Shown here in pieces: positions 48,600 to 61,442 of a DNA stretch of 64,000 bases. Source of the DNA: the human T2T-CHM13v2.0 reference genome, Homo sapiens; assembly GCF_009914755.1 (NCBI RefSeq), contig NC_060932.1; one strand, written 5' to 3'. Each line of letters opens with the position of its first letter. The first letter of the stretch is position 1. Position numbers and translations under genes: made by a program. The notes beneath the pieces were generated by a model. That model searched no databases and was not told the origin of the DNA. It was given only the letters and a program-made list of their open reading frames with translations.

Positions 48600-50170
48600 A
48601 CCTTTAGAGACTTCCCCTTTCAGCAATTTAGGGCTACAGAAAGAAACAGCCATGGCATCTGCACACAACAAAGAGGTTATTTCAAACCCAACTTAAGGCC
48701 AGGCTTCAACCCTATAAAGCAACCAGTGCCACAGGGAATGCCCTAACCCTGAAAACACTCATTTGAGGCTCTCTGGAGAAAACAACTCAGAAATAGGGTA
48801 GGGTAGAGAGGGACTACCCTGAAGTACCCTCCAAAAAAGGAGGGAAGGTAGGAAGAAAAAAAAGATCCTGAGTACAGGAAGGGAAACAAAAATTGAAACA
48901 GAGATCCACAGTTTGATCCAATTGGAAAACTAAAATTTATCTATGTTTTAGCGTAATGTTTTAAGCAAAAATTCTGATAAAAGGTCTAGTATTGACTCCT
49001 GCACCTCTCTCTAGGATAGGTTCTGAATTCCTGGTGATCCTACTAAAATTAAACAAAGTACCCCCCATAATTTTAGGGGAGCTCTTGAACATAAAGAGAT
49101 TACAAACAGGTATGCCTCACCTTAAGTATTGAAATTTCCCCATGCTCAAAACACCCATTTCCTTAAAATATACCATAGTGGGCATGGGTGCTCTCATGCA
49201 ATGAGTAATAAATTAAAATTAAATGAAGTCTTTGCCACTTACAAATTATCATAAAAAAATGAGACTCCATGGACCTTACTCCCAGTAACACCCTTACTCC
49301 TAGGGACTTCAAGGATTAAAACCCATGACACAAGATGTATCAAATGAGAGGGTGATTATTCTTATGGCTTCTCCATTTAATAGCTCAATTTGGTCTGCTC
49401 TTAATCCTGGAAAGAATAAATGGTGCCTGATTCCTGCACTCTTAATTCTGCGGTTCCACCCACTAAGCACCACCCCCATACACACAATATTATTGAAATA
49501 TAGAAATTGGTAAATATTTCGCTATGCTGGATTTGGTCATTATCTTCTGCTCAGTGCCTCTTTTGTCAGCCTCTCAGCTGCAGTTTGCCTTCACCTCTAA
49601 AGGGACGTGATAACCTTTGCTACATAATGCATGGGGTATTCCGGCAGCCTTGCCACCACACACAGCCTTTGCAGGTCAATCCTATTTGCATCTACCTTTC
49701 TCCAGAAGCACAGGTATGACACTATATTGTAACATCCCCCTCTAATGAGATTCATATGACACACTCATTCAGAGCACACAAATACAAAGGAGCTCATAAA
49801 AAGGGTGGGTCATTGCCCTACACATAGTGCAAGACTCCCCCATCTTGGATACATTCTCGAAAATTATTTGGTAAGCCAAGGGCTGCTCAATCCCTTACAC
49901 TGTCAAGAAACAGCTGGGTCAATAAACTCTCAGCACCCCCAATCTCTTTTAGGCATTTGGGTTCTAGAGGGAACATATTCCTCATTTACAAATTTTACAT
50001 AAGGCCGTGTATGCTGTCACTTGCAAATCAGCCCACATTAAATGGAGCCTCCTCTAACAAAAGATTCTAGAATCTGTCCAAATTGGAATCCAACAGGCCC
50101 TTCCATTCATGCCCCTTACCTCTGGAACTCCTTCACAGTAGGGGACTTAGCAACCTCCTCCCATGCCTGT
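48600..50170 (+). mobile_element. Highly decayed class III (ERVL-type) pro-pol remnant
   Basis: RT-like motifs in broken frames: SPFNSSIW (from 49370), YFAMLDL (about 49515), QFAFT (about 49581); boundaries approximate. Confidence 0.6.
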
Positions 50171-50179
50171 CTGCTTTCC

Positions 50180-50512
50180 TATTGCAGAGGCAGACAGAGA
50201 GAGGCCTCTCTCTGATTTCTGCCTTCTCTGTCCTATAGACATGGTTTTAATGAGTTATCCTAATTAGGTCAGGCCCACCTGAGATAATCTCTCCTGATTA
50301 ACTTGAAGTCAACTGATTAGGGACCTTTATTACATTGACAGAATACCTCCACTTTTGCCATATAAGGTAAGATAACCACAGGAGTGATAACCCATAACGT
50401 TTGTCTTATTTTATTGTTTAGAAGCAAATTACATATGTCTTCCATGCTTAAGGGGGTGGTATTATACAGTGGTGTGGGTCATTGGGGTCTTCTTTATATT
50501 TTACTTTCTATA
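50180..50512 (-). mobile_element. MLT1E/F-type LTR fragment
   Basis: aagtcaactgattagggacctttattacat...ttttgccatataaggtaagataaccacaggagtga. Confidence 0.65.
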
Positions 50513-52289
50513 CATCTATGAATTGGATTTACTCAATTATTAATTATTTTTGGTTTTCTCTAAGCTTTTATTTTTAATTAGTTTTATCTGCCACAAATTG
50601 GGAGGTGAATTACAGTCTCCTACAACTAATATTTTGTTTTTCCTTATTTTCCATGTAGTTATTGCTGTTAGAATATGGATGCTATGCTCTTCTCACATAA
50701 GTAATCATAACTGTTAAATCTGCATTGTGGATTATAATGTTTATTATTGTAAAGTGCCCTTCTCTGTAACAGATATTTATTTATTTATTTATAATCCTGA
50801 ATTCAATAATTTGCCTTATTAAGGTTATGATATCCATATTTTTGTTTGTGTTTTCATTTGCCTGGAATGTTTTCTGTGCAAACTTTTTGAATTACTTTAT
50901 TTACATGAATATTGCTTGTCTGCAACCTTATATTCAATTTTATTTTCAATTCCAATTTTTCATTTTTTCTTTTAATATACAAAGTTAGTTCATTTATCTT
51001 TATGTAATGAACAGTAGATATGTCTGGTACTATTTCATCTCTCATATGTTCCGCTGTGAATTTTATTTTTAGACCTTTCAAATATATTTTACATACATCT
51101 GGCTTTCTGGATTTCCTTCTCAAAAAAATGGTTATATACTACTACTTGCTGTAATGGTTACCTAAGATAATATTAACTTTAAAAAATATCTTTAAGCCTC
51201 TTTAGATAATATCTATATATTGTCTATGCTATACAATTATGGATTTACAAACATTCCTTAGCCCAAACCCTGTTCTGAAATCAAATTATTTAGGTTTTTC
51301 CAAAACGACAGTGCTTACACTATGTATTACACATCAACATTGGAATTAACCACACTGATATTACTATAGCAAAAGGCATGGTTATTCACACAGTGCAAAA
51401 AGATTTACTTCTCCTGTGTACAATGCTTTCTTCTTTAATCTCTACCAACATATTAACTGATTGTATTACTTTACTTTTTAAATTTTTACACCTTGAAATA
51501 TACTTATATTTCCTCCATATAGCTAACAACTTCTAATTATATCTGTCAACCAGATTTTTTTTAAAAAATTGAGAAAATCAGAGATGGAGATGTCCATAAA
51601 CTCCCACACTTTTCCCCATCCCCTTCCAACTTTAGAAATTTTATATTATTTCTACATCATCAGGGTTTACAGTTTTTTACATTTTTTTCTGTAAACAAAA
51701 TCATCATATTTATTTTAAACTTTAGTCATTTCATGTAGTCAATGCCCAGTGCTGAAATTTTGCTCAATAATTTTGTTTACTAATTGGTTTACTGAGATTC
51801 ATCCTCTAATAGTTTCCTAAAGAATCACTTACAAAAACAGTGCTCCCTGGACACCCACATGCCTATTTGTTCTTTAATGTTGAGTTTGTGCTAGCATTAT
51901 CGTTTGGCTAGAAATTCTTGGGCCATTCTGACTCTCCCTGATGACTTAGTGGGCCCAAGGTAGTCTGGAATTGCATGATATATAAATTGCTGAATCCTGC
52001 TTTTTAATAGGGAGTTTTATATTTTATACAACTGTTCAAGTTATTATTTTTCCATACATTTATTAGAATATCTTAGAATTATTTGCTTTGTGTCATTTTC
52101 CCCTCTCTCATATACAGTGTTTCTTTGAAATGTAAAGATTTGAAAAATTCTTTATGTCTGAAAGTTTTTCTTTACTGGTTTATGCAAATGATATTTTTCT
52201 GTTTCATTGTTCTGATTGTTTCCTTGCACACACTGATTATGCATATGGTTGAGTTCCATTTTTCTGCATATTTTTAAATTTTTTCATAA

Positions 52290-53700
52290 TCCTATTAAAA
52301 ATTGAAATATGATTTGTATACCATAAAGGAGACTTTTTTAAACTATACAAGAAATCAGTTATTTTTTATATATTCACAAGTAGTGTAACCATCACTGCTA
52401 ATTCAATTCTAATTAATTCCAATTTATTACCCCCAAAAGAAATCCCATTCCCATTAGAACTTGCCCTTCAGGCGGGGCACAGTGGCTCACGCCTGTAATC
52501 CCAGCACTTTGGGAGGCTGAGGTGGGCTGATCACGATGTCAAGAGACTGAGACCATCCTGACCAACATGGTGAAACCCCATTTCTACTGAAAATATAAAA
52601 ATTAGCCAGGGGTGGTGGTGATTGCCTGCAGTCCTAGGTACTGGGGAGTTTGAGGCAGGAGAATTGCTTGAACCCGGGTGGCAGAGGTTGCAGTGAGCCG
52701 AGATCGTGCCACTGCACTACAGCCTGGAGACGGAGTGAGACTCTGTCTCAAAAAAAAAAAAAAAAAAAAAGAACTTGCCTTTCATTACACTTTCTTCCCA
52801 GACCCTGGCAAGCACAAATTTACTTTCTGTCTCTATGTATTTGTTCGTTCTGCATATTTCATATGCGTTGAATTCTACATTATAGGGTCTTTTGTGCCTT
52901 TCTTCTTTTACTTGCATTTTTATAAAGGTTCATCCATGTTGTCAGGTGTATCAATAATTTAGTCCTCTTTATGGCTGAATATTATTCTATCTATTGATTT
53001 ACTACAATTGTTTCATTCATCAGTTAATGAACATCAGTTTTTTTCTACTTTTTGGCTATTGAGAATAAAACTGCTTCAAACACATGTACAAGTATTTGTG
53101 TGAGCTCAGAGTGAAATTACTGGGTCATATAGTAACTCTCCTATTTAACTTTTTAAAAACTGACAAAATGTTTTCCAAATAACTGCTTCATTTACAATCC
53201 CACAGGAAATGTGTGAGTCTTTCAAAGTTTTTCCACCTCCTTGCCAACACTTGTTATTGTCCATCATTTTTTTTATAGCCATTCTAATGAATGTAAGGTG
53301 GCATCAAATTGTAGTTTGGATTTACGTTTCCCTAGTGATTAATGTAGAGCATTTTTAAAGATGTTTATTAGACATTTGTATATTATTTTTGCAGAAATGT
53401 CTATTTAGATTCTTTGTTTCTTTTATAATTGGGTTATTTGTTTTTTTATTTTCTAGCTTTAAGTATCTTATATGTATTCTGGTTACTAAACCCTTATCAG
53501 AGATATGATTTGCAAATATATTTTCTCATTTGGTGTGTTGTCTTTTTACTTTGTTAATAACCTCCTTTGAAGCATAAAATGTTTTATTTCAATCAAGCCC
53601 AACTTACCCTTTTTTTTGGTTGCTTGTGCTTATGGTGTCATACCTAAGAAACCATTGCCTAATGAACATATATACCTGTGGTTCTTTTAAAAGTTTAGTG
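52290..53700 (-). mobile_element. L1MB-type 3' region, split by an Alu
   Basis: tatattcacaagtagtgtaaccatcac; aaacccttatcagagatatgatttgcaaatatattttctc. Confidence 0.8.
52471..52769 (+). mobile_element. AluSc-like
   Basis: tcaagag diagnostic; TSD AGAACTTGCCCTTCA / AGAACTTGCCTTTCA. Confidence 0.93.
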
Positions 53701-54316
53701 CTTCTGGGGCAGAAGGGTGGTGATGACCACCGTATAAGGTCATTGCCAACACACCATAACAAAAAACAGACTAACAAGAGAAAAACAAATGTATTATGTG
53801 CATATGTGTTCATGGCAGTCATGCAAAACAAGAAGTCAAAGAGGAGCCAAGATGATTGAGGCTTAAATGACCTCTCCATAGGGGAGAGGAAAATGGGAGA
53901 ATGAATAGGTCAGACAATGGTCAGTAAATAATTCTCTCTGCTTATTATGTGGTTAAAGTTCCCCAGGTAATCTCCCAGAACCCCCCTCAAAAGAATAAAT
54001 GAAGTCTGTCGGGTATGATGAGGACTCCCAGTGTCTTCTCTTCTGGGGTTAGTCTTTCTTGGTTATTTGATGAGATTCCTAGAGAAGGAGTCTTAAGACA
54101 ATTGCATTTCTTTTGGAATTAAGCTTTCTTATATAAGGAAATTCCAGAGAGTCCCTCCTGGTGCTTTGGAAAAGAGGAGCAGAGACACAGGGAAGCAGGC
54201 AAAAGGTTAGAGACAGACCTCGCTTCTGAGACTTATTTCTGAGGCCTTTTCATATTCAAAGCATGCAACATGCCAAAGTATCATATTTTCGGGAATCGGT
54301 TTCTGCAGCCCCAGCA
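53700..54316 (-). mobile_element. ERV1 LTR, MER31/MER67-like
   Basis: Reverse complement begins tgctggggctgcagaaaccgattcccgaaaatatg. Confidence 0.6.
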
Positions 54317-54663
54317 TTGTCTTCTAAAGTCTAAACCATGTGTATGCATGTGGCATTCCCAGTTTTATATATCAAACTTATCAAAACTTTCCAGAGCTTC
54401 TATTGACCTCTTTTTTTTCCCCCAGCTTTCCTTTTCAGGGTTTCCCCATTGTTTTTTGGGTGGCCACGATATTAGACAATTCCATCTAATTTTTTTTCTT
54501 TTTTTAATGAAATACCTACAAAGAAATGACTGTTTATACTGGGTGAGCTTTCTCTGGGCAAGCTCTGTGTCAGATCAAATAAAAATAGCCTTGAGAGCCA
54601 GGTGCTCCAGAGAACCACCCAACAATTTGAATAATGGCAATTTTTTTAGAAATTGAGCTTTGC

Positions 54664-55068
<405 letters not shown>

Positions 55069-55292
55069 CTAAAGAGAGGACTATGAGAATGGAAGTTAAT
55101 ATGCCACACAACTCAATGTTCTTACCAGTATTCAGTCATTTTTCTTAAATAAATATTCTGGATTGTTGTAAAACTTTGATTAATTTCTGAAGTTCTGAAG
55201 AATTTATTCTGACAATTTTTGCAGTATTCTCATTGCTTCTATGAAGGAGAGTATTTTTGGAGGTCTTTAATCTGTCATTTACACTAACACCA

Positions 55293-55820
55293 TGGAGGAG
55301 ATCAAAATATGCCACCCCAAAATATACCTCTTTGGCATAAGGACTATTTTGAGCTGATTATTTTGAGAAACTGCTGACACAGGAGAAACTCTGAAAATAG
55401 AGTAGAAGTTACCCTTTTGTCAAGGAAATGTAAATCCATGAAGGAAATTTTTGTTCGTAAGTGTGCTCTCTCTCTGCAAGAGGGAGAGAAGAATGGCTGT
55501 AAATCACCAGGACTTACCAGGAGAGAAGGCACTGACTTATATCTGCAAGCACTAAGCTTTTCCTGGTATCTCCGCATGGGTAGTGCTCCCCACAGGCTTC
55601 TCTCTTTGTTTCTGTGGATGATGGCATATAAGCCATCTCACAGCCACCTCTTTCAGAACCACTAACTTCCTGGGTATTTCCCATGAAGAAAGAACATGCA
55701 ATATCCATGTTAATAAACTTCTATTTGTTTTTCTCTTGCTAACTTATCTTTTGTTATAGGGGCCTGTTCCAACTAATAATTCAGAATGTGAAAAGAAAAA
55801 TTTGTTTTGCCTTCCCTACA
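55293..55820 (+). mobile_element. MER34-type ERV1 solo LTR
   Basis: ggagatcaaaatatgccaccccaaaatatacctctttggcataagg start, AATAAA 55712, ends ttccctaca. Confidence 0.75.
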
Positions 55821-56597
55821 ATCACTTCCCCAGAATGGAAAGAAACGTATTCATTTTCATTTCATTTTTCTTGTTTTTCTCATTCCTCAATTCCATGTTT
55901 CTTGCTGTTTTCATGATTTTATTCTCCTTTAAGCTGTAACTACTGGTCTTGATTATCATAATTATTTTAATTTTTCTTTCTCTTGTGCTGACGTTTCATC
56001 TCTTTTGTTAAATATTTATAGCACATTCAGTTCTTTTATTTGTGCTTTTTGATTCTGTTTTATGGAGGTCATACTTTCTTTTTAAAAAAATCATTGTCAA
56101 TGTATTTGGTAAAATTTCCATCTGCTCTTTGGTAATTTTGTAATTTTGTTGTTTGCGTACTCTTGGCCTGCAATTTGTTCATCAAAGCTCCTTCTTAGAG
56201 AATATTTCAAATAGTCTATGCTTGCTCTTTTTAATATTCGTAATCAATTTTAAATAAAGTTATTTCTAAATAAGTTTCTTTTTCCAAAGAGTTTTGCATG
56301 AGTGAGCTGGAGTTGTGTGTTCTGGGTGACCAGGGTTCTTCATTAGCCAGGTGTAGTGTATGCATGCGTGTTCTTTAAGCCATATTCTCCCAGTGCAACT
56401 CAAAATTGTCACTGCAGAGTTGTTTGCAGGATGACGTATCCATTCTCTACCTATGTTTTACAAACATGTTGTTCCTTAAAAATATGGCTTTTCTGTGTGT
56501 TTTTAAAACTTTTCTATCTTCTCTACTTTTTGCAGCTCTATGTTAAATGGGAACCGGGGAAGTGCTCCTAACCAGCCTCACATCTGTTGCTACTATC

Positions 56598-57199
56598 TGT
56601 AACCCAAAAACAAATTTCAACATCCCCTGTGCCCCCCCCCATCCCCCGCTGCTCCCTGTGCCCCACAACCATCTGAATGGACTTCCTCCTTGGCCAGGGC
56701 ACTCTAAAATTTAACCTGAAAGACTGGTTCAGGCCATGACAGGAAACCTCATTATTCCCCTCCAGCATTAACATTAACACAGACCTTAAGTCTGATAGGA
56801 AACATTTACCATCTATTTTCTTGGAAGCCTGCTACCTGGAGGTTTCATCTGCATGACAAAACCTTGGTCACAACCACTTATCTTAATGCAGACATTCCTT
56901 TCTGCTGATAATAACTCTTTCAACCAATTGCCAATCAGAATATATTTAAATCTACCTATGACCTGGAAGCTCCCCAGCTTCGAGTTGTCCCACCATTCCA
57001 GATGGAACCAGTGTAAACCTTACATGTATTGATTGATGTCTTATGTCTCCCTAAAATGTGTGAAAGCCAGCTGTACCCTGACCACCTTGGGCACATGTCA
57101 TCAGGACCTCCTGAGGCTGTGTCTTGGGTGGGTCCTTAACCTTGGCAAAATAAACTTTCAAAATTGACTGAGTCTTGTCTCAGATATTTTCAGTTCACA
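56598..57199 (+). mobile_element. MER4A-type solo LTR
   Basis: TG...CA ends; ggccagggcactctaaaatttaacctgaaagactggttcaggccatgac; aaaataaactttc; near-TSD TATC/TATT. Confidence 0.85.
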
Positions 57200-58139
57200 T
57201 ATTAAAGGAAAGAATGATAACTTTAAGCCTCATTTCCTGTGCTTTGGGGTGACCTACTCGCTTTATCTGAAACCCACAACTATACATATCTTCTCTGAAG
57301 GTTTTCATACACTTTTATTTCGTCTTCACTGTTTTTTTTCCCTTGTCTGTCTTCCCTCATTTTTTGTGGCCCTTGTTTTAAAAATTATTTTAATTTCAAT
57401 GGAGATTGATTATTCAGTTCTGTTTTTTATTCTATGAGTTATCTTAGATGAATTCTAGGAAAAGTAATGTTAAGTTGTGACTTTATATTGCTATATAAAA
57501 ACTGGTGCATTGAGTTTTTGCATGTATTAACTTCATATGCAACTAAAGAAGGAATAATTAATTTCAGTTTTTGCAATAAACATACACAATATTATCATAC
57601 TAGAATGCGTGCTTTTATTTTATTCATCACAGGATTAATTTAAATTATTTGCTTAAAATATATTTCTAGGTCCCTGGGGACCAATAATAATTATTTAAAT
57701 ATCATCTTTTCTGGGCTAGAGCTTAAGCCTGTAACTGAACATCAGATCGCTTACATGAAGATGAAACATACATGTAAGCTTAGGCTGCAGTTTGGCTTTG
57801 GAGCTATAAAGTTAGATTGCATGGATTGAAATCTTACCTTTAACACTATTTCAGTGACTTTTAGCAATTTACTAAACTTTAAATATCACTTTTCTAATCT
57901 TTAAGATAAGAATAGTTTTTTTAAAAAAAGTATGCTTTGGGTTTATTTCAATGATGTAATAGAGTATGTCCATAAAGCTTTAACACATAGAATATGGCAT
58001 GCAATATAATAGATGCTTAATGCCTATTAGCTGTTGTTAATTAGCACTTTAATATATGCAGAACATACATAAGAGTGCATGCTTAAGAAGTGAATTTAAC
58101 TAGCCAAAGAGACTTTTAGCTATGGAGGTTTCCACTTAA

Positions 58140-58328
58140 ATGCTGGTCAAAGGGTAAAGTTTCAGTTAGACAGGAGGAATACATTATTGAGATCTGTTGA
58201 ATAGTACAATGACTATAGTTCATAATAATGTATTGTTCAACTAAAAATTTCTGAGAGTAAGTTTCAAAAGTTCTCACCATAGATATTGATAAGTATGTCA
58301 GGTGGGGGATGTTAATTAGCTTGATTTC
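58140..58328 (+). mobile_element. L1MA-type 3' fragment interrupted by the HERV-I LTR
   Basis: ggtcaaagggtaaagtttcagttagacaggaggaata...tgttaattagcttgattt. Confidence 0.8.
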
Positions 58329-58878
58329 TGTAGAAAGTAGAAAAGTTCCTCTTCAAAGTGCATCTTGGTTTAAAATTAAATTGATAGACACTAGGAATAA
58401 TAGCTCCTTACTCTAAAGCCTCCTGTCAACTCTTAGTTCTTACACTTTAGCCCAGTTAGTTGCTTTGGCTTACTCAGGCATATCTGGACAGGCCCAGGAA
58501 AGTCTTAGCTCATAGCTTATGCCCCTTCCTTATTTGGAAATGTTATTGCTTCCTTAAACCTTTTGTAAGCAACTTTATTTTCTTCTTTGTTCTCCCTTGC
58601 ACTTACCTATTTAGGAAAGTTTTAGGTTATTATCAAATCGAGTATCAGTTTAAGACTGTGAGGTCCAGCTCCAGCCAATGGATGCAGGATACAGCAGTAA
58701 GGATGACCCAAATGCATAAGGGATAAATATGTCTGCTTTTCCTTTGTTCAGGTGTGCTCTTGCCATTGTTCCATCTGTGAGGGTCACCCTTTCTGCAGAA
58801 AGTAAAGATTGCTTTGCTGAGAGATCCTTTGTCTCTGTGCTGACTTTTCTTCGCAGCACTGATGATCTGTTTCTAACA
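58329..58878 (+). mobile_element. LTR10-family 5' LTR of a HERV-I type provirus
   Basis: TGTAGAAAG...TTCTAACA inverted ends; CCAAT 58675, GATAAATA 58722, AGTAAA 58801; followed by PBS and gag. Confidence 0.85.
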
Positions 58879-58883
58879 ACTTT

Positions 58884-58905
58884 TGGTGGCATTCCAAACA
58901 GGGAT
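58884..58905 (+). promoter_or_regulatory. Degenerate tRNA-Ile primer binding site
   Basis: TGGTGGC(att)CCAAACAGGGAT versus TGGTGGCCCGTACGGGGAT expected for tRNA-Ile. Confidence 0.55.
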
Positions 58906-59607
58906 ACATTCTCCTCTGGGGGTGGTCTCTAGTCCTCTCTCATGAGGAGGTGCCCTGCTGCCTCTTGCGGTGGCCTCAGAAGTAAGGAATTGAGTCCTAC
59001 CCAGTGTGACAAATAAACCCTGACTCTCAGCAACGTGGAAAGAAACTAGCCTGCAACCTGGTGTAAAGGATCTTCACATACTGTGGCAACAACTCTGTGC
59101 ACAGACCAAGGAAGGAGAAGCCACGGCAGCCATTAAAGTACTTCCTTGGTGGTCAAATTCTGGAGGGCTGAATGTGTGTGTGCATGAATGATCACAGACA
59201 ACCCTGCTTGCGGTATTGTTTTGTGGATGGTGGCAAGTCCTACTGCTGGATGGAGTGAGTGAGTCCTCTCTGTGGTTCCGTAGCTTACCTCATATGGCTT
59301 AGGGCGGATCCTGCTGTGGGATTTATACTGGCATGCCAATGCTAACAGGGGCCTAATTCTCCCTTGGGGGAACAGCCAAAGAGGACAACATGAGTGGGAA
59401 GTGTGCAAGGGACCTTCCGAAGGCGAAAGGGAGGAAACAGGTCAACCTCCTGGGACAGGCAAGGCAAGACATTCCTGGTTTAAGGGGTCGAGACTTCCAG
59501 GGCAGGCAAGCAAGACATCCTTGGTTTGTGAGGTTCAACTTTCCACAAATTTCAGGAGATTGAACCTTCTGCAAATTTCAGGAGATTGAACCTGACCAGT
59601 ACACAAT

Positions 59608-61442
59608 ATGGGAAACATTTGTAGTAAAACAAGGACAGGGAGTAAAGTTGACTCAGGGAGAGGTGAAGGTGATCAGATTCCTTCTGATAGTCCTTTAGGG
59701 TATATGTTAACATATTGGAAGGATAATGAAAGGACTAAGCATAAGAAAAAGCACCAAATGATAAAATATTGTTGTTTCACTTGGACCAAAGAACTGATCC
59801 TCAAGCCTGCAGTTATCTGGCCAAAATTTGGGTCAGATAAGGATGGGGTCTGTCAACTCTTAACAATGTATGTCAACAACAAAAGCCCTGTGTCCCAAGA
59901 AGAAATAAATTATGCTCTCTGTTGGCGACAGGGGGCCAGTTCTCCTTCACCCATTAAGAGGAGGACGAAAACAATCAGAGATCAGAATAAAGTCGGGAGT
60001 AGTCTCACCTGACGAGAGTGAAGTTTTTATCCACAAGCAACCCCCATGCAAGTGGGACCCCTTGGACCATCTTCCCTTATTTCTGTCGCCACCTGGGGAG
60101 CCTCCAGCTCCTGCCGGCACCGGGTCTGCTCCTGCTGCCCTTGCCCCTACTGTTCCTGCAGCACAGCCCCCATCCCTCCCTCCCGCTTCCCAAGTGGTGG
60201 CCCTGGAACCTGACCCAGATTTTCCTAGCCTCCTGTATAATCCAGGCTCTTGGGAGTTAGCACCTCAAAAGCCTGATCATTGCCAGCCTGAATGTTCCTC
60301 TTTAAATAAAGGGCTCCGGCAGGAGGTAGAACAATGTAAAAAGGATATTCAAAATTTTCCATTCCCCTCCTCTAAGGAATCAGGTTCAGCTTCAAAGCTT
60401 TTTCTTTTAAAGGAGGTGCCACAGGGAGGAAGCGCGATTGGCTTCCTAAACACTCCTTTAACTGCTTCTGAGGTCCGTAGCCTAAAGACAGAACTTAAGC
60501 CATTATTAGACGAACCTGATGGGGTAGCAGAACAGATGGATCAGTTTTTAAGCCCTCAGTTATACACTTGGACCTAGTTAATGTCCATTGTAGGTATTCT
60601 TTTTTCAAGGGAAGAACGGAACATGATCTGCAGAGCTACTATGGCGGCCTGGGAGCATGACCATCCTCCAGGCCAGGATGCCCCAGCAGCTGATACTAAA
60701 TTTCCAGCTCAAGACCCGCAGTGGGACAATAATATTGCAGCCCACCCAAATAACATGAGAGATGTAAAGGAAATGATTGTTCAAGGAATTTGAGAGTCAG
60801 CACCCCAACCTCAAAATCTCTCTAAAGCTTTTGATAAACAACAGGAAAAGATGAGGAGCCCATGAAGTTTCTAAATAGATTAAGAGATCAAATGAGAAAA
60901 TATGCTGATTTAGATCCAGAAAACCCCGTTGGGCAAGGGATGTTAAAGCTGCACGTTGTTACTGATAGCTTGCCAGATATTGCAAGAAAGTTGCAAAAGC
61001 TAGAAAACTGGAAGAATCTGTCAATAGAAGAGCTTTTAGGAGAAGCCCAGAAAGTATATGTAGGGAGGGATGAAGAAAGGCAAAGGCAGAAAGCAAGATC
61101 TTTTGGCAAAATTCACTGGGGCAAATGATGCCAGGGGGCAAATTTAGACCCGTGCCAGCACAGTTTTCCAAAGGCAGTGAGAGAGGAAGTCCCTGGAATT
61201 CTGGAATGCAAAAGGAGAGGAGGCAGGGTCAGTATTTCAAAGGAGAAAGTCAAAGTAAGTGTAAAAGTTGTGAATGTGAGAGGAAGGAAGAAAGACAGAG
61301 ACAAACAGGTCCTGGGCTAAGGAGAGGAGAGCAGGATAGATGTTACAAATGTGGAAAAACAGGCCATTTCAAGAAAGAATGTCCTGAATTGAGGAGTGCA
61401 GAGGAAGCTTTTCCACTCATGCCTGCTTTTGAAGAAGAATAG
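59608..61442 (+). pseudogene. gag: Defective HERV-I type gag
   Basis: MGN myristoylation start, WPKFGS matrix motif, capsid fragments (KFPAQDPQWDNN), CCHC knuckle CYKCGKTGHFKKEC; internal stops at 60575 and 60791 plus frameshifts; TAG at 61440-61442. Confidence 0.92.
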
